A stretch of 64,000 bases of DNA, from NCBI GenBank assembly GCA_030390025.1, contig JASTWF010000036.1, forward strand, positions 3,474,001 to 3,538,000, written 5' to 3'. The translations under genes and the position numbers were made by a program. Below are positions 25,101-37,065 of the stretch, piece by piece; position 1 is the first letter of the stretch; every line of letters starts with the position of its first letter. The notes under the pieces were generated by a model. That model was given only the letters and a program-made list of their open reading frames with translations, was not told the DNA's origin and did no database searches. This DNA comes from Squalus acanthias. Taxonomy: Eukaryota.

Positions 25101-26481
25101 AGCAGTGAGTACAGTATACAAAGCCAATGTTAGCTGTCCCACTGCCACCCCAGCTGACATCAACTAACTCTGCACAGAGCAGGCATCAAACCTGGGGACC
25201 TTCCTGGTTGCTATTTGCATCCGATGAACTATTCCTTGTCTGTGTGGAGGACAAGCAAACTGCTCCTACGCCTCTGCCAACATTGTTCTTGAATCGGCTA
25301 GTAAGAGACCTGTGACATTGGTAGGGGTGACTCAACCAGTTTCCTCAGCCTGTGAGGAAATGCCCTCACCTGACCTGATGACACATCTGAATTCAGGAAC
25401 TCGCTGTGGAAGGATGTTTGTGCGTAGGTGATATTTCAAAGGCACATTTTATTTTTAGAATTAAGTCTTTCTGGTTGAAGTCAATTGAGCTGGCACCTTC
25501 AGGAGAGGAGAGTGCAAGTGGAGAGAAAATGAGGGCGGAAAAAACAACAACTCTCCTTTGTGTGTGTATATATATAGTGACTGCTCTGTGGGATAGAGAA
25601 GAGCTGCAATAGGCCTGCAAACAGTAAGGCGTAACAGGAAAGTGGATGAGGGAACTGTGACACAGTCAGAGGTGGAGGGATAAATACACTGATGTTGCGA
25701 ACAAGCTGTTGAGGTCCTTCGTTTCCTGACCAAAGTTGGAAAAGTAACTTGCACCTGGGCTAGTTGGCAAATGAAAGTTTCCAGCCCTGCTTGGTCCCAT
25801 CTTTAAAGTGCTATTGCTATTAATTGGGAGTATTACAGTGTTGGGAATCGGGCGGGGGGGGGGATAAGAACTCAAAGTGCTGTGGCCATCACTGGCAGGA
25901 TTTCAACGTTTCTCACACTATTTTGTTTTCCTTGGAACTTCACATTTGTCAAAACACAAAGCTGCATGTGTAAGCAGCTCATTGACGCAGTCCTGTGCTA
26001 TTGCTGCTCACATACCTTTAAGAAAACCAATTGTATTTTCTGAAGTATAGGGCCACTCAAACACAACCATCATTAGTTTTTCATTGAATTTACTTTTTGA
26101 AAATATCTTATTGGCTAGCCTTAAGTCATGTTTCTGCTTACAGCAGTGTGGTTGTTTGGAGGTAGTTCTACAATTAACATAGTTGCTGCGAGTTTGAATT
26201 TTCCACATGAATTCAGACTTTATGCTCCCACATTGCTGCATTTAATTGTTTCTTAAATGATTCCAAGGTTTTCACCTCCATGCTCTATCTGGAAGCCGAC
26301 TTCAAGCGTTGATCACTTTGTGTGATGAATTTCCTGATACTAGTCCTAAATTTACCTTTCACTAGTTTGAACTTGTGTCCCCTTGTTGTACTCTCATGGT
26401 TTAACTTATAGTAATATTCTTGATTGACCTTTTCCATTCCAATAACTATCTATTATATCCTGCATCCTAGGGTTTTGAAAT

Positions 26482-26912
26482 TACATTAAAAGGTATGATG
26501 GTAGAGAAGCAATGGCTAGCATTTAAAGAATTAATACATAATTTACAACAAATATACATCCCTTTAAGGCACAAAAACCCCACCGGAAAAGTGGTCCAAC
26601 CGTGGCGACAAGAGAAATTAAAGATAGTATTAGATCAAAGGAAGAGGTTTATAATGTTGCCAAAAATAGCAGTAAGCCTGAGGATTGGGAGGATTTTAGA
26701 ATTCAGCAAAGGAGGACCAAGAAATTGATAAAGAAAGGGAAAAAAGAATATGAGAATAAACTAGCGAGAGACATAAAAACAGTTTTTAAATCTTCTATAG
26801 GTATGTAAAAAGGAAAAGATTAGCGAAAGTAAATGTGGGTCCCTTACAGGCTGAGACAGGAGAAATTATAATGGGGAATAAGGAAATGGCAGAGAAATTA
26901 AACAAATACTTT
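26482..26912 (+). mobile_element. CR1 ORF2 fragment, duplicate of 31794-32226
   Basis: Starts tacattaaaaggtatga at the same point as the 31794 copy; ends aaatacttt at the MITE. Confidence 0.85.
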
Positions 26913-27310
26913 GGGGGCAATTTTGCCAGCCCTGGGAAGGTGGGTTTGGAGGCGGGACTGCCAGGAAAATGGCAGAATCTGGGTGCGGGTGCCAATCCCG
27001 CCCCCAACCCGCCTCCGTGCCATCTTCCCGGGAGGCGGGTAGCCGACCCGCGCCGGGTCCCGTCTCCTGGCGGCGGGAAGGGGATTTCAGCCACTTAACC
27101 ACCTGTTAACAGGTAGTTAACAGGCAGTTAAGAGGATTATCCCTATTTTTCCAACAGAGGCGCGGGCTTCCCGACGTCGGGAAACCCCGCCAGGGTTACC
27201 AAGGCGAGCAGTGGGTCTACGGGGTGCAAAAGTGCACTGTGGAGATAAGTGATGGGTGCATGTGTGGAGAGGTAAGTATGTGAAGTGAGTGAAAAGTGAT
27301 AGAAAATGAT

Positions 27311-30300
27311 TACATAAGAACATAAGAAATAGGAGCAGGAATAGGCCACTTGGCCCCTCAAGCCTGCTCCGCCATTCAATAAGATCATGGCTGATCTTGG
27401 CTCAAAGCCACTTCCCTGTCCGCTCCCCATAACCCTTCACTCCCTTATCTTGCAAAAATCTGTCCATCTCCACCTTAAGTGTATTTAATGACCCAGCCTC
27501 CACGGCTCTCTGGGGCAGAGAATTCCACAGATTTATGACCCTATGAGAGAAGAAATTCCTCCTCATCTCAGTTCTAAAAGGGCGACCCTTTATTCTGAAA
27601 CTATACCCCCGAGTTCTAGATTTCCCCACGAGGGGAAACATCCTCTCTGCATCTACCTTGTCGAGCCCTCTCAGTATCTTATATGTTTCAGTAAGATCAC
27701 CTCTCATTCTTCTAAATTCCAATGAGTATAAGCCCAACCTGTTCAACCTTTCCTCGTAAGTCAACCCCCTCATCTCTGGAATTAACCTAGTGAATCGTCT
27801 CTGAACTGCCTCCAATGCAAGTATATCCTTCCTTAAATAAGGAGACCAAAACTGTATGCAGTACTCCAGGTGTGGTCTCACCAATACCCTGTACAGTTGT
27901 AGCAGGACTTCCCTGCTTTTATACTCCAACCCCCTTGAAATAAAGGCCAACATTCAATTTGCCTTTTTGATTACTTGCTGTACCTGCATGCTAACTTTTT
28001 GTGTTTCATGCACAAGGACCCCCAGATCCCCCTGAACTGTAGCATTTTGTAATCTCTCTCCACTTAAATAATAGTTTGCTTTTTTATTTTTCCTGCCAAA
28101 TTGGATAACCTCGCACTTTCCCACATTATACTCCATCTGCCAAATGTTTGCCCACTCACTTAGACTGTCTTTGCAGATTCTTTGAGTCCTCTGCACAACT
28201 TACTTTCCCACCCATCTTTGTATCATCCGCAAACTTGGCTACATTACACTCGATCCCTTCATCCAAGTCATTAATGTAGATTGTAAATAGTTGAGGCCCC
28301 AGCACTGATCCCTGTGGCACCCCACTAGTTACCGTTTGCCAACCGTAAAATTACCCATTTATCCCGACTCTCTGCTTTCTGTTTGTTAGCCAATTCTCTA
28401 TCCATGCTAATATATTACCCCCAGCTCCGTGAGCTCTTATCTTATACAGTAACCTTTTATGTGGCACCTTATCGAATGCCTTCTGGAAATCCAAATACAC
28501 CACATCCACTGGCTCACCTTTGTCCACCCTGCTCGTTACATCCTCAAAGAACTCCAGCAAATTTGTTAAACATGATTTCCCTTTCATAAAACCATGCTGA
28601 CTCTGCTTGACTGCATTATGATTTTCCAAATGCCCTGCTATTGCTTCCTTAATGAAGGATTCCAGCATTTTCCCAACGACAGATGTTAGGCTAACTGGTC
28701 TATAGTTTCCTGCTTTCTGTCTCCCTCCTTTCTTAAATAGGGGTGTTACATTTGCGGTTTTCCAATCCGCTGGGACCTATCTAGAGTCCAGGGAATTTTG
28801 ATATATTGCAACCAATGCATCCACTATCTCTGCAGTCACTTCTTTTAAGACCCTGGGATGCAGGCCATCTGGTCCAGGGGACTTGTCATCTTTTAGTCCC
28901 ATTATTTTACCAAGTACTATTTCCTTAGTGATAGTGATTGTCTTTAGTTCCTCCCTCCCTGTGGACCCTTGATTATCCATTATTGGGATGTTGTTAGTGT
29001 CTTCTACCGTGAAGACAGATACAAAATATTTGTTCAGAGTCTCTGCCATTTCCCCGTTCCCCATTCCCCATTATTAATTCCCCAGTCTCATCCTCTAAGG
29101 GACCAACGTTTACTTTAGCTACTCTCTTCCTTTTTATATACCTGTAGAAGCTCTTACTATCTGTTTTAATATTTCTTGCCAGTTTACTCTCATAATTCAT
29201 CTTCTCTCTCTTTATTTTTTTTTAGTCATCCTTTGCTGGTTTTTAAAAATTTCCCAATCCTCTGGTCTCCCACCAATCTTGGCAACATTGTATGCCTTCG
29301 TTTTCAATTTGATACCATCCTTTACTTCCTTAGTTAGCCACGGATGATGCTCCCTTCTCTTAAAATCTTTCTTTCTCACTGGAATATATTTTTGTTGAGA
29401 GTTATGAAATGTCTCCTTAAATGTCCGCCACTGCATTTCAACTGTCTTATCCTTTAATTTATTTTTCCAGTCCACTTTAGCCAGTTCTGCCCTCATGCCA
29501 TTGTAATTGCCTTTGTTTAAGATCAGGACACTGGTTTGAGATACAACTTTCTCACCCTCCAACTGAATTTGAAATTCAACCATGCTATGATCACTGTTTC
29601 CTAGAGGATCCTTCACTATGAGATCATTTATTAATTCTGTCTCATTACACAGGACCAGATCCAAGATAGCCTGCTCCCTGGTTGGTTCCATTACATACTG
29701 ATCTAGGAAACCATCCCGAATGCACTCTATGAATTACTCCTCAAGGCTACCATGGCCAATTTGATTTGTCCAATCAATATGGAGATTAAAATCACCCATG
29801 ATTATTACCATACCTTTGTTGATTTATACTCTGTCCAGCAGTATTGCTACTGTTCGGGGGCCTGTAGACTACGCCCACCAGAGACTTTTTCCCCTTATTA
29901 TTTTTTATCTCCACCCAAACCGATTCTACATCTTGATCTTCTGAGCCAATATCACTTCTCACCACTGCACTGATCCCATCCTTTACCAACAAAGCCACCC
30001 CACCTCCCTTTCCTTTCTGCCTATCCTTCCGAATTGTCAAATACCCTGGAATATTCAGTTCCCAGCCCAGGTCACCTTGCAACCACGTCTCTGTAATGGC
30101 GATCAGATCATACCCATTTGTATCTATTTGTGCCGTCAACTCATCTATCTTGCTACAAATGCTGCGTGCTTTCAGATATAGAGCTTTTAACTTTGTCTTT
30201 TTACCATTTCTCCTTGTTTTGGCCCCATTTTCTGTTGCACTCTTATTTTTAAACATTCTGTCCCTTCCTGTCACACTCTGGTTATTATTTCCCCCATTTC

Positions 30301-30516
30301 TATCCTGCTCTATTGCTTTCTCATTTCTCATTGACTTTTTAAATTCCCGCTCACCTGGACCCTCCCCCCTACTATTTAGTTTAAAGCCCTCTCTACAGCC
30401 CTAGTTATTCGATTCGCCAGGACTCTAGCCCCAGCATGGTTCAAGTGAAGCCCGTCCAAATGGAACAGCTCCCTCTTATCCCAGTACTGGTGCCAGTGCC
30501 CCACAAATCGAAACCT
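27311..30516 (-). mobile_element. Long CR1 LINE: end of ORF1 (SGNH esterase) plus whole ORF2 (APE + RT), disrupted
   Basis: Minus strand FRFVGHWHQYWDKRELFHLDGLHLNHAG (ORF1), YDLIAITETWL and VGVVYRPPN (APE), RT motifs, and acataagaacataag tail at 27311. Confidence 0.93.
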
Positions 30517-30881
30517 TTGTTTCTTCCTGCAGGCTTCAACAGTTGGGGATGCGGAGAGTCTCGCATTTCACCAGCAGAGATGACAGATGGCTGCTGCATT
30601 CTCCGATGCAACAACCATCTAATTTCTGCTAAAGAAAGAGGTTTGATGAGCCTTGAATACAAGGACTCATCAAACAACATAGAATGTCAGTGTTTGACAG
30701 CTTCACAGAGCTGGAAAACGATGACAATTCATCTGTCAAAAGTTTTTGACAGATGAAACGTCATACGCTGACGTTCTCTGTAATCAGCTTTCCCTTAATT
30801 GGTCTGCTAAGCCCGCTGGGCGGGCTTAACATGGTCAATCAAGGGAAAATAGCGTGGGTTGGCCACAATTCGATGGAGGCG

Positions 30882-31725
30882 ATGGGATCTCGACAGGCTC
30901 AGTGAGTGGGCGAGAACATGGCAGATGGAATATAATGTGGATAAATGTGAAGTTATCCGCTTCGGTAGAAAAAACAGAAAGGCAGAGTATTTCCTAAATG
31001 GTGAAAGATTGGGGAATGCAGATGCTCAAAGGGACCTGGGTGTCCTTGTACATGAGTCACTGAAAGTGAATGTGCAGGTGCAGCAAGCCATTTGGAAGGC
31101 AAATGGTATGCTGGCCTTCATTACAAGAGGATTTGAGTACAGGAGTAAAGAAGTCTTACTCCAATTATATAGGGTCTTGGTGAGACCACACCTGGAGTAC
31201 TGTGTACAATTTTGGTCTCCTTACCTAAGGAAGGATATACTTGCCATAGAGGGAGTGCAACGAAGGTTCATGAGATTGATTCCTGGGATGGCGGGACTGT
31301 CGTATGAGAAGAGATTGAGTAAACTAGGCCTGTATTCTCTTGAATTCAGAAGAATGAGAGGGGATCTCATTAAAGCATACAAAATTATTACAGGGCTTGA
31401 TAGGATGGATGCTGGGAGAATGTTTCCCTTGGCTGGGGAGTCCAGAACCAGGGGCAACAACCTCAGGATAAGGGGTCGGCCATTCAGGACTGAGATGAGA
31501 AGAAATTTCTTCACACAGAGGGTGGTGAATCTTTCGAATTCTCTACCCCAGAGGGCTGTGGAGGCTCAGTCATTGGGTATATTCAAAATAGAAGTCAATA
31601 GATTTCTGACTAGTAAGGTCATCAAGGGATATGGCGATAGGGCCGGTGAATGGAGTTGAGGCAGAAGATCAGCCATGATCTCATTGAATGGCGGAGCAGG
31701 CTCGAAGGGTCGAATGTTCTTATGT
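30882..31725 (+). mobile_element. CR1 3' fragment nested in the MITE
   Basis: ORF 30859-31659 is near-identical to 23001-23753. TSD AGGCG at 30877-30881 and 31726-31730. Confidence 0.92.
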
Positions 31726-31793
31726 AGGCGGGACAACGACCCAACAAGCAGCAGCCCCGCCTCCAACTCGCCCCCATTGGCAAAATCGCAGCC

Positions 31794-34290
31794 TACATTA
31801 AAAGGTATGACGGTAGAGAAGCAATGGCTAGCATTTAAAGAATTAATACATAATTTACAACAAATATACATTCCTTTAAGGCACAAAAACCCCACAGGAA
31901 AAGTGGTCCAACCGTGGCTAACAAGAGAAGTTAAAGTTAGTATTAGATCAAAGGAAGAAGCTTATAATGTTGCCAAAAAGAGCAGTAAGCCTGAGCATTG
32001 GGAGGATTTTAGAATTCGGCAAAGGAGGACCAAGAAATTGATAAAGAAAGGGAAAATAGAATATGAGAGTAAACTAGCGAGAGACATAAAAACAGACTGT
32101 AAAAGCTTCTATAGGTATGTAAAAAGGAAAAGATTAGCGAAAGTAAATGTGGGTCCCTTACAGGCTGAGACAGGAGAAATTATAATGGGGAATAAGGAAA
32201 TGGCAGAAAAATTAAACAAATACTTTGTGTCTGTCTTCACGGAAGAAGACGCAAAAAACTTACCGGAAATAGTGGAGAACCAAGGGTCTAGCGAGAATTA
32301 GGAACTGAAAGAAATTAGTATTAGTAAAAAAATAGTACTGGAGAAATTAATGGGACTGAAAGCCGATAAATCCCCTGGACCTGACGGCCTACAGCCTAGA
32401 GTTTTGAAAGAGGTGGCTATAGAGATAGCGGGTGCATTGGTTGTCATTTTCCAAAATTCCATAGATTCTAGAACAGTTCCTGCGGATTGGAAGCTGGCAA
32501 ATGTAAACCCTACTATTTAAGAAAGGAGGGAGAGAGAAAACGGGGAACTACAGACCAGTTAGCCTGACATCAGTAGTAGGGAAAATGCTAGAATCTATTA
32601 TTAAGGACGTGGTAACAGGGCACTTAGAAAATAATAATAGGATTGGGCAGAGTCAACACGGATTTATGAAAGGGAAATCGTGTTTGACGAATCTGTTAGA
32701 GTTTTTTGAGATTGTAACTAGCAGAATAGATAAGGGGGAACCAGTGGATGTGGTGTATTTGGATTTTCAGAAGGCATTCGATAAGGTGCCACACAAGAGG
32801 TTATTAAACAAAATTAGGGCTCATGGGATTGGGGGTAATATACCAGCATGGTTTGAGGATTGGTTAACGGACAGAAAACAGAGAGTAGGAATAAACGGGT
32901 CATTTTCGGGTTGGCAAGCTGTAACTAGTGGGGTACCGCAAGGATCAGTGCTTGAGCCTCATTTGCACATTCTCCCCGTGTCTGCGTGGGTTTCCTCCGG
33001 GTGCTCCGGTTTCCTCCCACAGTCCAAAAATGTGTGGGTTAGGTTGATTTGGCTATGATAAATTGACCCTTAGTGTTAGGGGGGATTAAATATGTGGGGT
33101 TATGGGGATAGGATGGGATATGTTAGGGGGAATTAAATACGTGGGGTTACGGGGGTAGGGTGGGATATGTGTACTGTGGGGATTAAAGCAGGGACAGGGT
33201 ACTGGATTTGGATGATCAGCCATGATCGTATTGAATGGCGGAGCAGGCTCGACGGGCCGAATGGCCTACTCCTGCTCCTAGATTCTATGTTTCTATGTTT
33301 CTATGTTTCTATTCACAATCTACATCAATGATTTGGATGAGGGGACCAAATGTAATATATCCAAATCTGCTGATGATACAACGCTGGGTGGGAATGTAAG
33401 TTGTGAGGAGGATGCAAGGAGGCTTCAAGGGGACATAGACAGGCAAAGTGAGTGGGCAAGAACATGGCAAATGGAATATAATGTGGAGAAATGTGAAGTT
33501 ATCCACTTTTGTAGGAAAAATAGAAAAGCAGAGTATTTTTTAAATGGTGAGAGATTGGAAAATGTTGGTGTTCAGAGGGACCTGGGTGTCCTTGTACAAG
33601 AATCACTGAAAGTTAACATGCAGGTACAGCAAGCAATTAGGAAAGCAAATGGTATGTTGGCCTTTATTACAAGAGGATTTGAGTATAAGAGTAAAGATGT
33701 CTTACTACAATTATATAGGGCCCTGGTGAGACCACACCTGGAGTATTGTGTACAGTTTTGGTCTCCTTACCTAAGGAAGGATATACTTGCCATAGAGGGA
33801 GTGCAACGAAGGTTCGCCAGACTGGTTCTTGGGATGGCGGGGATTGTCCTGTGAGGAGAGATTGAGTAGACTAGGCCTATATTCTCTAGAGTTTAGAAGA
33901 ATGAGAGGTGATCTCATTGAAACATACAAAATTCTTACAGGACTTGACAGGGTAGATGCAGGGAGGAGTTTCCCCTGGCTGGGGAGTCTAGAACCAGGGG
34001 TCACAGTCTCAGAATAAGGGGTCAGCCATTTAGGACTGAGATGAGGAGGACTTTCTTCACTCAGAGGGTGGTGAATCTTTGGAATTCTCTACCCCAGAGG
34101 GCTGTGGAGGCTCAGTCGTTGAGTATATTCAAGACAGAGATCGATAGATTTTTGAATATTAAGGGAATCAAGGGATATGGGGCTAGTGCAGGAAAGTGGA
34201 GTTGAGGTAGAAGATCAGCCATGATCTTATTGAATGGCAGAGCAGGCTCGAAGGGCCAAATGGCCTACTCCTGCTCCTATTTCTTATGTT
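31794..34290 (+). mobile_element. 5'-truncated CR1 LINE with a nested SINE
   Basis: ORF2 pieces 31675-34017, RT motifs, standard CR1 tail. Confidence 0.93.
32961..33305 (+). mobile_element. HE1/V-SINE (5'-truncated) with CR1-derived tail
   Basis: V-domain core tttgcacattctccccgtgtctgcgtgggtttcctccgggtgctccggtttcctcccacagtccaaa; tail gatcagccatgatc...(ttctatgt)n. Interrupts the CR1 [13 protein letters not shown]. Confidence 0.85.
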
Positions 34291-34294
34291 ATCC

Positions 34295-34720
34295 CGATAA
34301 GATCAGCTCTCAGATGCCTCCTTTCCTGGTTGAAATCTTTCCAGTCTTTCTGCATAATTAAAACCCTCTGATACTCCAAGGATCAATCTTGTGGTTCTTC
34401 TCTGCACTGCCTCCAGTTCTTGAATGCCTCCTTTGTTTCTCAGTGACCGGAAACGGAGTACTCAAGGTGCCGCCTGAGCAGAGCCCTGTATAGCCCTTGA
34501 TCACGACTTCCTCTGATTTGTATTCTGTTTTGGCCATGTCGTTCAATTTCTATTGGCTTTGTTGATTGGACATGTTGAGCGTCGAGTCGACCATAAACTC
34601 CTGGGTCTCTTTCAGCTTAATCCTTAACTATTTCAACACCACTCATGAAGTACCTGTGCTGCCCATTTTTCCTTCCACTGTGCAAAACTTTGTCTCCAAT
34701 AAATTTCATCCGCCATTGTT
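34295..34720 (-). mobile_element. Old CR1-like LINE fragment
   Basis: Minus-strand remnant resembling EYKS.EV...Y..L...LEY (ORF 34358-34546). Confidence 0.55.
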
Positions 34721-35526
34721 CTCATGATTGGTTTTCCATACACCATCTCTTGGTGCTATGCATCTGTCACATCTCTCCTCTCTGAACCGGTACATAGCAT
34801 TTGGCAAAAACATTTGACAAAGTTTTGTACCAACTGGCAACCTGTGGTGAACTTGGAGTCTAGTAAATACGGTAATTTGTACCAAGTATACCACAGAAAG
34901 TCATGAAATTGCAACATCTAATTAGAGTTGTAATCCTGTTTAGTAGCTCAGCCATTCGTAAATCAGTGCAATTCTTGAAATCTCTTCTAATTGAAAATGC
35001 AAAATGTATTTGAACTTCTAATGATTTGAAGTGATAAGGTGCTTTGTGACTTTAAATATTCAAACTCCACCCTCTCAGGAGTGCTTAAAGTCTCAGGCTG
35101 TTGCATGAAGCTTTACTTAAGTGTGAAATGCTTTCTCACTGGCTCATTTTTGCGCTTCCGAAGTAGAAAACATAGGGAGCAAAAGGAGGCTGGTGTTCCT
35201 CCAATCCACTGGCAAACAGGAGAACTTTGGGCGAGAAGTCTGTTTATCTTCTCATTGTCCAGGTAAGACTATTAAGGCTGATCATGAGCAAAAGTGAGTT
35301 TATCAGAATCGTAATTGGAAAGACATGCACTTGGTCCACAGGCAATGTGGCCTATAACTGGAGAAAGCTTTGGCAATTCAGTCAATCTTACCTTTTCATT
35401 AACTTATTTTAACTACAACATTTTGGGGGGTTTTTCCCCCAGTTTCCTTCAGGTTTTTTTTTCTCTCATGAAGGTGGGTGATTCATACTGGGGTAACCAG
35501 GGCAACAGTCAGTCTTCATGTATCTG

Positions 35527-35733
35527 TGATGCAGAGATGGACTGGGGTGGACAAAAGTGAGAAGTCGCACAACACCAGGTTATAGTCCAACAGCTTTATT
35601 TGAAATCACAAGCTTTCGGAGCGCTGCTCCTTCGTCAGGTGACTTCACCTGACGAAGGAGCAGCGCTCCGAAAGCTTGTGATTTCAAATAAAGCTGTTGG
35701 ACTATAACCTGGTGTTGTGCGACTTCTCACTTT
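35527..35733. mobile_element. Penelope-like inverted terminal element; perfect 89-bp-arm palindrome
   Basis: Arms 35554-35642 and 35645-35733 are exact reverse complements with a 2-nt spacer. Flanking direct repeat ttcatgtatctg at 35515-35526 and 35732-35743. Confidence 0.85.
35645..35681 (+). ncRNA. Minimal type I hammerhead ribozyme motif (mirror copy on - strand at 35606-35642)
   Basis: UCAC-CUGACGA-A-GGAGC-AGC-GCUCC-GAAA-GC-UU-GUGA: stem I UCAC/GUGA, core CUGAnGA/GAAA, 5-bp stem II, palindromic AAGCUU stem III region. Confidence 0.7.
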
Positions 35734-35959
35734 CATGTATCTGCATAGACAAGAAGCAGACTTTCACAGCCAGCACCCATTCTATATCATGTGACATCCT
35801 TTTCACATGTTTTCCAGCTGGGCTTCCTGGATAACAATTGGGAATGGGAACCCGAGCTGATTTTTTTTTTCTTCCCTTCAAGCCTGAGGTCGCTTGTAAC
35901 CCCCCTTGCTGCTGCCTGGGCTAAGAATCCCCGAATTTTGCACAGACTGTGGATCTGAG

Positions 35960-36195
35960 ACCTGTCTCTTTGAAAGAGCTATCCAATTAGTCCCACTCCC
36001 CTGCTCTTTCCACATAGCCCTGCAATTTTCTCCTTTTCAAGTATTTATCTAATCCTCTTTTGAAAGTTACTGTTGAATCTGCTTCCACCGCCCTTTCAGG
36101 CAGCGTGTTCCAGATCACAACAACTCGCTGTGTAAAAAAAAAATCTCATCATCTCCCCTCTGGTTCTTTTGCCAATTACCTTAAATCTGTGTTCT
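35960..36195 (-). mobile_element. CR1 3' fragment
   Basis: Reverse complement of the CR1 3' region; same family as 4630-4920. Confidence 0.75.
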
Positions 36196-36439
36196 ATATA
36201 ATATATATTGCCAGTATATCAAGAAATACAGAAACCTCATGACGTCACGGACCCAATGGGATCCCTTACAGATCCCTAGGGTCTGGGGATCGCAGTTTGA
36301 GGACTGATGCTATCATGTTATGATTAAACTATCTGTTGGTAATACAGCGTTATCTCTGCATTCACTTAAAACTGACAGGACAATCTTTTTGATATGTTCC
36401 TTTCACTTGAGACTGAAGGACAGAAGCCACTTCCATATA

Positions 36440-36775
36440 CAGGTTGAGCGTCCAAAATCCGGAGTTCCGGAATCCGGAATGTTCCAGAATCCGGACTCCA
36501 GGACGATTGGTGGCAGGGTCGTCCGGAATCTGTAAAATGTTCCGGAATCCGGACACCCTGAGGGAGGCTTACCAAAAACTGGAAATATCGCAGCCTGGGC
36601 CCAGGCATTTCCGGACTCGGCACGTGTTTCTGATGTCCGAAGTCCGGAAATATCGCAACCTGGGCTCGGGCGTTTCCGGACTTCGGACATCAGAAACACG
36701 TTCCGAAGTCCGGAAAAACACGAAAACCGGCTCGGCCTCGGTCCCGAGGTTGCCGGATTCGGGACACTCAACCTG
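36440..36775. mobile_element. Tc1/mariner (Tigger/pogo-like) MITE
   Basis: TA|CAGGTTGAGCGTCC ... GGACACTCAACCTG|TA: TIRs with TA TSD. Internal TCCGGA repeats and an internal inverted repeat. Confidence 0.85.
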
Positions 36776-37065
36776 TACAATGTAATCTCAGAGTATCCAG
36801 CTCTACCGGTTTTGTGAGGAGTTGTATTGTGGAGGCTGAGTGTTGGATTTGAATTTCTAATCATTGAAGCCGATCTCCTTCATTTGCACTCCTGACCTGA
36901 ACAGCAGCAATTGGCCTCTTTGCTGATCTAATAGGCAGCACAGTGAGATGAAAATGCTACCAATACAAGAGTGTCAATCGAGAAGTAAAGTGCTTCTCCT
37001 TGTGCTCTTTTTGTGGCATGGTTTTACAAATGACAGCGTATTGAGGGATTGTGATCAGAAACTTG

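Larger units (their letters stand above)
26913..31793. mobile_element. Harbinger-type MITE (pieces 26913-27310, 30517-30881, 31726-31793) with two nested CR1 insertions
   Basis: Ends GGGGGCAATTTT ... AAAATCGCAGCC. The joined pieces are the reverse complement of the 55121 element. The inner CR1 at 30882 has TSD AGGCG. Confidence 0.8.

Noticed and set aside
25560..25630. TATATATA followed by a GTAAGG donor-like site as RDH5 exon 1 (similar CAG|GTAAGA at about 35262)
   Set aside because: The TA run follows a (TG)n microsatellite, lies more than 20 kb from the gene and has no other support.
36440..36775. TCCGGA-rich repeats as a CRISPR-like array
   Set aside because: No constant repeat with unique spacers; the region is bounded by TIRs and a TA TSD.
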